Both the position numbers and the translations under genes were made by a program. This document shows positions 1 through 6,804 of a DNA stretch of 37,297 nt, piece after piece. Source of the DNA: Candidatus Tayloriibacteriota bacterium (lineage in GTDB: Bacteria > Patescibacteriota > Minisyncoccia > Phycocordibacterales > PALSA-1337). The notes under the pieces were generated by a model, which saw only the letters and a program-made list of their open reading frames with translations, was not told where the DNA came from and did not search any database. The stretch is taken from the NCBI GenBank assembly GCA_026395105.1, contig JAPLZH010000005.1:1-37297 (forward strand). The letters are read 5' to 3'. Position 1 is the first letter of the stretch, and each line of letters begins with the position of its first letter.

Positions 1-193
1 CGTAAAGCGTTCTTAGATTTCTAAGTTCTACTAATCTTTCATCTATTTGTGATTTTGATAGTCCTCTCATAATCATTTATTACGAGGGAACTGCCTATTT
101 ACTTTCCATCAATAGTGTGGGGGAGGGTGTGGGTACTTACCTCTTTCCACAGCCTTATTACTAGCTTTCCTCACGATGTGCTAAACTATTCAC

Positions 194-1864
194 ATGATTC
201 AATTCGATGAAGATAAGCAAAATCGTAGAGTTAAAGAACTCTATCAAAAAGAGGAGGAGGAATTAGCGAAGGTTATCGCCACTCGGCATAACCTAGAATA
301 CATAGACCTCTCCGGCATTCCTATAGGTACTGACGCACTAAAAGTCATAGAGGAGATAGACGCCCACGCTGCTAAAGTGGCCGCCTTTGCCATTAGTGAT
401 AAAAAATTAAAAGTGGCTGTCCGAGTACCAGAAGAAGAAAAAACGGCCATGGTAATTCGCTCTCTAATAGATCAGGGTTATGAAGTAAAACAGTATGTCA
501 CTTCCACAACGAGCCTTGAAAAAGCTTGGGCTGCATATGCCGACCTTTCCAAAACTAGAGAAACCACAGGAGGTTCTATAGACATTGCTCACGATGAAAT
601 TCTAGACATCATAAACACTCACCCATCGCTCGTGGACATCCAGAATGTCATTAAAGATATTTTGGCAAATAAAAAGGGTTTTAAGACTTCCAGAATCTTA
701 GAACATGTTTTAGCTGGTGCACTTTCTACGAATGCATCAGATATTCATATAGAACCAGAAGAAGAATATGTACGAATTCGCTATCGTTTAGACGGTGTGC
801 TTACGAATGTGGCAAATTTAGACACATCTGTATATAACCTCGTCCTATCCCGCATAAAACTCCTTTCTGGAATGAAATTAAATGTTAAAAAGGATGCTCA
901 GGATGGACGTTTCAGTATTAAACTTTCTGATATGGATATAGAAGTCCGTGCTTCTATTTTACCTGGTGCATATAATGAATCTGTGGTGCTTCGACTCCTT
1001 AACCCTAAGTCTATCGCCGTTCCGTTAGAAGAACTCGGAATTCCTAAAAAGCTTCTCTCTGTTATTTTAGAGCAAATAGAAAAGCCGAATGGAATGATAC
1101 TGACGACTGGTCCTACAGGTTCCGGTAAAACCACCACCCTCTATGCTTTCCTAAAGAAAGTATATAATCCTGGTGTAAAAGTTATTACCATAGAAGACCC
1201 TATCGAATATCATTTGCCGGGAATAGTTCAGACTCAGGTGAATGACAAAGGCTATAATTTCCTAGAAGGACTCCGTGCAGCATTAAGACAGGACCCTGAT
1301 GTGATCATGGTGGGAGAGATACGTGATAGTGAAACAGCACAAATAGCCATCAACTCTTCGTTGACGGGACACTTAGTCTTTTCTACTTTGCACACGAATA
1401 ACGCCGCCGGCTCATTCCCCCGCCTCATAGACCTAGGAATAAATCCGCACGTTATTAGCTCGGCTATAAACATCGCCCTCGCTCAGCGTCTCGTTCGAAA
1501 ACTTTGCCCCGTTTGCCGAAAAGAAATCACATTAGATGGGACAAATAAAGAGAAGATTGAAAAGGTTTTAGCTGGGATTTTTGATAAAAGTGAAATTCCA
1601 CAAAATAACAGTAAAATCTGGCAGTCCGTAGGCTGTGAAAAATGCAATATGACTGGATACAAAGGCCGAATCGGTATATACGAAGGAATATTAGTAGACG
1701 AATCTGTAAATAAATCCGTGGAAATGAGCGATGGCGCCCAAGAAATACAAAAGACCGCCTCTCCGCAGGGTATTTTAATGATGTCTCAGGATGGGATAAT
1801 AAAGGTTTTATCAGGAATGACTAGTTTAGACGAGCTAGAAAGAATTATAGATATAAACCTCTAA
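194..1864 (+). CDS. pilB: GspE/PilB-family type IV pilus / type II secretion assembly ATPase
   Basis: 556-aa ORF with a GspE_N-like N-terminus. Walker A GPTGSGKTTT, Asp box/Walker B DPDVIMVGEIRD, His box LTGHLVFSTLHTN, tetracysteine CPVC...CEKC. Confidence 0.9.
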   Translation: MIQFDEDKQNRRVKELYQKEEEELAKVIATRHNLEYIDLSGIPIGTDALKVIEEIDAHAAKVAAFAISDKKLKVAVRVPEEEKTAMVIRSLIDQGYEVKQYVTSTTSLEKAWAAYADLSKTRETTGGSIDIAHDEILDIINTHPSLVDIQNVIKDILANKKGFKTSRILEHVLAGALSTNASDIHIEPEEEYVRIRYRLDGVLTNVANLDTSVYNLVLSRIKLLSGMKLNVKKDAQDGRFSIKLSDMDIEVRASILPGAYNESVVLRLLNPKSIAVPLEELGIPKKLLSVILEQIEKPNGMILTTGPTGSGKTTTLYAFLKKVYNPGVKVITIEDPIEYHLPGIVQTQVNDKGYNFLEGLRAALRQDPDVIMVGEIRDSETAQIAINSSLTGHLVFSTLHTNNAAGSFPRLIDLGINPHVISSAINIALAQRLVRKLCPVCRKEITLDGTNKEKIEKVLAGIFDKSEIPQNNSKIWQSVGCEKCNMTGYKGRIGIYEGILVDESVNKSVEMSDGAQEIQKTASPQGILMMSQDGIIKVLSGMTSLDELERIIDINL

Positions 1865-1921
1865 CACTGTCAATTGAACTTTTTCTATAGAAGAGTACGA
1901 TTACAGGTATGGTGTTGCCGA

Positions 1922-2108
1922 GAAATGCACAAGCGCATAATTCTCCAAGCAATACTTTCAATGCGATCACTAAAAGTGCGAAAGATTATTAAGGATAACC
2001 CCAGAAAACATACCGAAGTAAGTTACCAGAACGTCCTCTATAAAAAATCAATTTGTCTGCGTGAACAGACAACATTGTTTGGAGAATTATGCGCTTGTGA
2101 AGATTTCG
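1922..2108 (+). ncRNA. Candidate structured RNA (6S-like layout) or MITE-like inverted-repeat element; class unknown
   Basis: 1928-1953 pairs with 2074-2099: 26 bp, 25 Watson-Crick plus one G:U (1949:2078) that exists only on the + strand. Possible extension 1922-1926/2104-2108. Internal 7-bp hairpin 2053-2059/2066-2072 abuts the closing helix. Lies in the 271-nt gap between pilB and ruvB. Confidence 0.3.
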
Positions 2109-2135
2109 TGAATAGCTTAGCATAATTCGATTTTA

Positions 2136-3170
2136 ATGTCAAGCCCTACCAAAACTGGTTCGGCCGATATTCCAAAAGAGGGCTTAGAAACTGGATATTT
2201 AGACCAAACCCTCCGCCCTTCCCGCTGGGAAGACTATATCGGTCAGGAACCCATAAAAAACAACCTTCATATTCTACTTACAGCGGCTAAACAGCGAAAG
2301 CATCCGCCGGAGCATATTTTATTTTACGGACCCCCAGGCCTCGGAAAGACCACTTTAGCCCATTTAATAGCAAAAGAAACCGGTGCTCAGATGAAAATCA
2401 CATCTGGTCCTGCTATTTTAAAAGTGGGCGACCTAGCTTCTATTCTCACAAACCTTTCTCATGGGGATATTCTGTTTATAGACGAAATACATCGCTTAAA
2501 TAAGGCTATTGAGGAGGTGCTTTATCCGGCCATGGAATCTGGTAATTTAGATATTATTATAGGCAAAGGTCCTTCCGCCAGAACTATACAGCTAGAACTC
2601 CCCTCTTTTACACTAATAGCCGCCACTACCCGCATAGCGATGATTTCCTCCCCCCTTCGCTCACGCTTCTCCGGTGGAACATTTAAACTAGAGTTTTATA
2701 CAGAAGAAGAAATCGAAAAAATTATTCATAGATCATCAAAAATTTTAGGAATAGAGATAGAAAAGGACGCCGCTCGGGAAATAGCCCTTCGTAGCCGTTT
2801 TACACCTCGTACAGCAAACTATTTCCTTAAAAGGTGCAGAGACTACGCTCAGGTTATTGGTGGCACTTTAAATAAAGAGGCTGTTGAAAAAGCTTTGAAA
2901 CTTTTGCAAATAGATTTTAAAGGATTAACCGCGAGCGACCGCTCTATTTTAGAGGTGATAATAAATAAATTTAGAGGTGGCCCCGTCGGCCTAGGAACTA
3001 TAGCCGCTGCACTTTCGGAGGAAGAAGCCACCATCGAGGAATTTAATGAGCCATATTTAATACAAATAGGCTTTATAGAAAGAACTCCGCGTGGAAGAAT
3101 TGTCACAGAGCTCGGTTATATGCATTTAAATTTAACCCCGCCAGACCACATTACAAAAAAGCTTCTATAA
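2136..3170 (+). CDS. ruvB: Holliday junction branch migration ATPase RuvB
   Basis: 344 aa. AAA+ Walker A GPPGLGKTT, Walker B ILFIDEIHR, typical RuvB C-terminal winged-helix region (EPYLIQIGFIERTPRGR). Confidence 0.97.
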   Translation: MSSPTKTGSADIPKEGLETGYLDQTLRPSRWEDYIGQEPIKNNLHILLTAAKQRKHPPEHILFYGPPGLGKTTLAHLIAKETGAQMKITSGPAILKVGDLASILTNLSHGDILFIDEIHRLNKAIEEVLYPAMESGNLDIIIGKGPSARTIQLELPSFTLIAATTRIAMISSPLRSRFSGGTFKLEFYTEEEIEKIIHRSSKILGIEIEKDAAREIALRSRFTPRTANYFLKRCRDYAQVIGGTLNKEAVEKALKLLQIDFKGLTASDRSILEVIINKFRGGPVGLGTIAAALSEEEATIEEFNEPYLIQIGFIERTPRGRIVTELGYMHLNLTPPDHITKKLL

Positions 3171-3958
3171 TCTATCCATCATTTTCCCAGTCTTTTTTTC
3201 TAGGGCTTCTTTCGCTCCTTTAGAAATCTTTCCACCCTCCACAGCAGACTTTTTATTCTCATCAAATCCCATGGCTTGGTCTTTCTCTGCTATATGTCTA
3301 GTGGACATTTCAGCCAGAGCTGTAAAAAGAAGCTCCGCCTCGTCCATATGATCTCTCAAATTATGCCATTTATTCCCTTCAATTCTTTATGCTCTCTAAC
3401 AGATAGTCCTGACCATTCTTTATGGATTACATTTGTTAAAATAGCGAATTCTTTCTCACTACTAATCTCGTGGTCCGACCAATAATCTGTTAGTTTATTC
3501 CTCGTTTCTTGCCCACTCATTCTTTTTTCTATCCACTTTTCAGATCGGCCGAGTCTTTTCCAATTATCCCTTGATCTATTTAAGCCTATTTCAGGATCTA
3601 TTGTTTCTTTCATTCTTTCATACCCCACCTTAGCCAACCAGCTTTTAAAAGGTTCTGCTTTGGGAGAAGGGATGGACTGAACGATTCTTAAACAGGTCTC
3701 CACATCTGCCACATCTGTTAGATATAATTTTCCATCAGCACTAGGCATTTTCAGTTGTCCGATTTTGTCGGACAACTGAATGAAACCCTCTTCTTTTATC
3801 TTTCTTTTCAAATCATCCCAGTATTTTCTAGGCCTTTCACTTTCTGTTAAAACGCTAATTATATCCACCAAGCTAAAATACCACTTTTCGTCTTTTTTGG
3901 ACCATATTCGTCTTACTGGTTCGTTTTGAAAAATAATGATTAATTTATCTTCTGCCAT
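3165..3958 (-). pseudogene. Bro-N domain (phage antirepressor-like) gene split by a single frameshift
   Basis: The 200-aa ORF (3356-3958) carries a Bro-N-like N-terminus (VRRIW..EKWYFSLVDIISVL) and a conserved middle (ILTNVIHKEWSGLSVREHKELKG). The 64-aa ORF (3165-3359) continues the same family (NLRDHMDEAELLFTALAEMST...GGKISKGAKEALEKKTGK) in a different frame. The junction lies at about 3356-3375. Confidence 0.6.
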
Positions 3959-4049
3959 GATGGGTATATAATAACACCGAGGGATGAACGAAAGTAATCC
4001 CCAGTTAACAAAAAATTCATAAATATTTTATCTCTAATATCTTACAAAA

Positions 4050-4580
4050 ATGTCCGGACATAATAAATTCTCTAAAATTAAGCATTTAAAGGCAAAGACC
4101 GACGCTCAGAAGAGTAAGGTTTTTACTAAATATGTTCGTCTAATTTCCATGGAGGTAAAGAAAGCAAACGGAAATCTCTCTTCCCCCGCCCTAAAGGCAG
4201 CTATAGAAAAAGCACGTGAGGTAAATATGCCGAATGACACCATAGACCGCGCTGTTAAAAAGGCTACGGAGGCCGGTAGCGCCGTGATGGACTCTGTTGT
4301 CTATGAAACCTATGGACCCGGAGGTGTAGCTATTATGATAGACGCATTAACCGACAGTCGAAATAGAACGTCTCAAGAAATCAAACATTTGCTCTCTAAA
4401 AACGGTTATGAATTAGCCGCTCAGGGCAGTGCATCATGGGCTTTTACAAAAACACATGAAGGCTGGACACCGAATACCACCATGCCCTTAGAGGACGCAG
4501 ATATAGAAAAACTACAGGCATTAATAGAGGAATTAGAGAATAATGATGACGTCCAGGAAATCTATACTAATGCGGAGTAG
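4050..4580 (+). CDS. yebC: YebC/PmpR-family protein, short form
   Basis: 176 aa. N-terminal MSGHNKFSKIKHLKA, YETYGPGGVAIMIDALTDSRNRT and C-terminal DDVQEIYTNAE match the YebC family. About 60-70 residues shorter than canonical members. Confidence 0.9.
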   Translation: MSGHNKFSKIKHLKAKTDAQKSKVFTKYVRLISMEVKKANGNLSSPALKAAIEKAREVNMPNDTIDRAVKKATEAGSAVMDSVVYETYGPGGVAIMIDALTDSRNRTSQEIKHLLSKNGYELAAQGSASWAFTKTHEGWTPNTTMPLEDADIEKLQALIEELENNDDVQEIYTNAE

Positions 4581-4604
4581 TATAATAAAAAGGCAAATAT
4601 AAAT

Positions 4605-5087
4605 ATGAAAGTAATCGGCATTGATCCCGGATATGAAAGGCTCGGAATAGCTATAGTCGAAAAGCCTGAAGGAAAGGGCAAAGAAACTTTGCTCTTTTCA
4701 GAATGTTTTAGGACTAGCGCAAAAACATCTTTTCCAGATAGATTAAAAGCCCTCGGGGAAGAATTCCGACGACTCATAGAAGAATTCGAACCAGAAGCAC
4801 TTTCGATAGAAACCATTTTCTTTACAACAAATCAAAAAACTGCTATTCAGGTAGCCGAAGCCCGCGGTGTTTTACTTTACGAAGCTAGAAATCACAACCT
4901 TTCCGTCTTTGAATATTCCCCTCTCCAAATAAAGATCGCTATTACGAGTTACGGCAAAGCGGATAAAAAGCAGATAATATCGATGATTCCGAAGCTGGTT
5001 TATATAGAAAAAGTAATAGAACACGATGATGAGTACGACGCCATAGCGGCGGCCCTCACACACTTAGCCTGCCACAGAAATTCTTAG
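4605..5087 (+). CDS. ruvC: Holliday junction resolvase RuvC
   Basis: 160 aa. IGIDPGYERLG (catalytic Asp), SIE (Glu) and C-terminal HDDEYDAIAAAL motif. Lies 24 nt downstream of yebC, the common yebC-ruvC pairing. Confidence 0.93.
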   Translation: MKVIGIDPGYERLGIAIVEKPEGKGKETLLFSECFRTSAKTSFPDRLKALGEEFRRLIEEFEPEALSIETIFFTTNQKTAIQVAEARGVLLYEARNHNLSVFEYSPLQIKIAITSYGKADKKQIISMIPKLVYIEKVIEHDDEYDAIAAALTHLACHRNS

Positions 5088-5183
5088 AACTCCCCACAGT
5101 CCAAATGGGTGCCTTCCTTTTGTAGGTTTTCCACAGTTTTCCATATTTGCAAAATAAAGGCAGTTTTGATACAAATGACGTAT

Positions 5184-5192
5184 TGATATAAT
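5184..5192 (+). promoter_or_regulatory. Extended -10 promoter element (TGATATAAT) upstream of the 92-aa ORF
   Basis: TGnTATAAT match read directly, 27 nt upstream of the ATG at 5219. Confidence 0.4.
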
Positions 5193-5218
5193 AATTACTT
5201 TTTACCCATTTCACTAAT

Positions 5219-5497
5219 ATGCTAAAGAAAAAGGAAGTCAAAAAAGCAAATAAGTCAGTTAAGAAAAATGAGAAGGTTATAAAGAAGGAGGAAATAAAAA
5301 AGAAGCCTGCTGTTAAGCCTGTTATTAAATCAGTTATTAAACCAGCCATTAAGCAATCCCAGAAATCTGTCGCACAGAAGCCTGTTCGCGAAGCCATAAT
5401 AATTGAAACTGAGGAAGAAATAATAAATCCAGATATTTTAGAAGAAGGAATGCTTGAGGAGGATATTAATCCTTTTAACGATAAATACGAGGAGTAG
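5219..5497 (+). CDS. Small bipartite protein: Lys-rich basic N-half, acidic C-half; function unknown
   Basis: 92-aa ORF with its own extended -10. N-half has KPVIK/SVIK/PAIK-type repeats and the C-half is Glu/Asp rich. A hairpin overlaps the stop codon. Confidence 0.45.
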   Translation: MLKKKEVKKANKSVKKNEKVIKKEEIKKKPAVKPVIKSVIKPAIKQSQKSVAQKPVREAIIIETEEEIINPDILEEGMLEEDINPFNDKYEE

Positions 5498-5505
5498 TTC
5501 CTCGT
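5487..5505. terminator. Possible bidirectional hairpin between convergent genes
   Basis: ACGAGGA-gtagt-TCCTCGT, a 7-bp stem overlapping the stop of the 92-aa ORF. The flanking T-tract is weak. Confidence 0.3.
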
Positions 5506-5534
5506 ATATTCGCTGTCCCGTCTGATATTTTCCT

Positions 5535-6788
5535 TTATTTAGAAACCTCCACCTTTAGGAATCTCTTTTTACCAATTCTCCAAACGGAGCTTTTAATGAC
5601 TATTTCATCATAGCTTGTGATAGGCTCCTGCCCTATCTCGGAAATCGCCCCCTCGTCTACCAGTCTTTTAAAATCTGTTTTTGATTTAACTAAATTATTT
5701 TCTAAAAGGAGTTCTGAGAGCTTCGCCGAGCCTTTAACTGAAGAGACGGGCGCATCTTCCGGTATTCCCCCTTTTGCAAAAGTGGATTCGAAATCTGCGA
5801 CAGCTCTTTCGGCTGCGAGCGAGCCGTGATAAACAGAAACGATTTCCTTTGCCAAACGGACCTTAGCATCTCGAGGATTTTCCCCAGCATCTAGTCCGGC
5901 CTTTATTTTCTTAATCTCTTCTGTCGAAACGAAAGTGCAAAGTTCAAAACCGAGTGGAATTAAAGAATCTGACCAGCTCATTACTTTTCCAAACATATCA
6001 GGCGCCGTCTGATTCGCGCTCACTGCATTTCCGTCGGTCTTTCCCATTTTCTTTCCACTAGAATCTGTGAGGAGTTTGCAAGTCACTACGAATTTCTCCT
6101 TATTTTTAAGTGTTTTTAGAAGATCACGACCCATAAGCATATTAAAAGTCTGGTCATTTCCGCCGATTTCGCCATCCACATTCATGGCTACGGAGTCGAA
6201 TCCCTGCATAAGAGGATACATGAATTCATGGATGTATATAGGTTTTCCTTCCTTCATTCTATTCTCAAACATATCTCTCTTTAACATCTGATCTACAGTG
6301 ACGAGTGAAGAAAGCTCTAAAACATCTCCGAAATTTAACTTTCCCAGCCACTCAGAATTATATTTCAGTTCCGCTGGATTAGAACCGCTAAAATTAAGAA
6401 AAGTGGACGCCTGTTTTTTGTATAACTTTGCATTAGTTAAAACCTCAGCATGGGTTAGTTTTTTTCTAGTAGCTGATTTGTCCGTCGGATCCCCTATCAT
6501 TCCTGTGAAGTCGCCGATAAGCAAAATGACTCCGTGGCCCAGGTCCTGAAATTCCTTTAATTTTTTCAAAGGAATAGTGTGGCCGAGGTGTAGTGTGGAG
6601 CCTGTCGGATCAATTCCTAAATAAAGAGTAACTCTTTCTCCATTTAAAAGTTTCTTTTTTAGAAAGTCTTTGCTCGGATAAATGTTTTCCACCCCACGAG
6701 TGAGAAGTTCTTCTATTCTCGCCTCGTCACGGATGACGCTATTATCCTCATTATTTCCCTCCTTTTTTGCTTTTTTTGACCAAATCAT
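5535..6788 (-). CDS. tyrS: Tyrosine--tRNA ligase
   Basis: HIGH-type motif HLGH, KMSKS-type motif KMGKT, C-terminal S4-like domain. I trimmed the start to the ATG at 6788 (MIWSKK...). The 58 extra N-terminal codons of the ORF are non-homologous and overlap the divergent PBP gene. Confidence 0.92.
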   Translation of the reverse strand: MIWSKKAKKEGNNEDNSVIRDEARIEELLTRGVENIYPSKDFLKKKLLNGERVTLYLGIDPTGSTLHLGHTIPLKKLKEFQDLGHGVILLIGDFTGMIGDPTDKSATRKKLTHAEVLTNAKLYKKQASTFLNFSGSNPAELKYNSEWLGKLNFGDVLELSSLVTVDQMLKRDMFENRMKEGKPIYIHEFMYPLMQGFDSVAMNVDGEIGGNDQTFNMLMGRDLLKTLKNKEKFVVTCKLLTDSSGKKMGKTDGNAVSANQTAPDMFGKVMSWSDSLIPLGFELCTFVSTEEIKKIKAGLDAGENPRDAKVRLAKEIVSVYHGSLAAERAVADFESTFAKGGIPEDAPVSSVKGSAKLSELLLENNLVKSKTDFKRLVDEGAISEIGQEPITSYDEIVIKSSVWRIGKKRFLKVEVSK

Positions 6789-6804
6789 ATAGATATACCT
6801 TATC

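Noticed and set aside
2-70. Partial minus-strand ORF running off the left edge (MRGLSKSQIDERLVELRNLRTLY...)
   Set aside because: Only 23 codons are visible and there is no recognisable family. It is plausible as the start of a divergent gene, but that cannot be supported from this fragment.
119-133. G-rich run (GGGGGAGGGTGTGGG) as a G-quadruplex
   Set aside because: It has only three G-runs of 3 or more, so a canonical four-run G4 is not possible.
1874-2125. 83-aa ORF between pilB and ruvB
   Set aside because: It has a TTG start, a Cys/Arg-rich odd composition and no family resemblance. It spans both arms of the 26-bp inverted repeat, so I treat the locus as non-coding.
3340-3375. TGA recoding (code 25/4) as the explanation for the broken Bro-N gene
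   Set aside because: Reading through the TGA in the same frame gives non-homologous sequence and hits TAG after about 20 codons. The homologous continuation is in another frame, and other genes in the window are intact under code 11.
5056-5397. 113-aa minus-strand ORF overlapping ruvC and the 92-aa ORF
   Set aside because: Its Phe/Leu/Ser-rich sequence is the antisense shadow of the Lys-rich plus-strand ORF, and it overlaps the ruvC 3' end.
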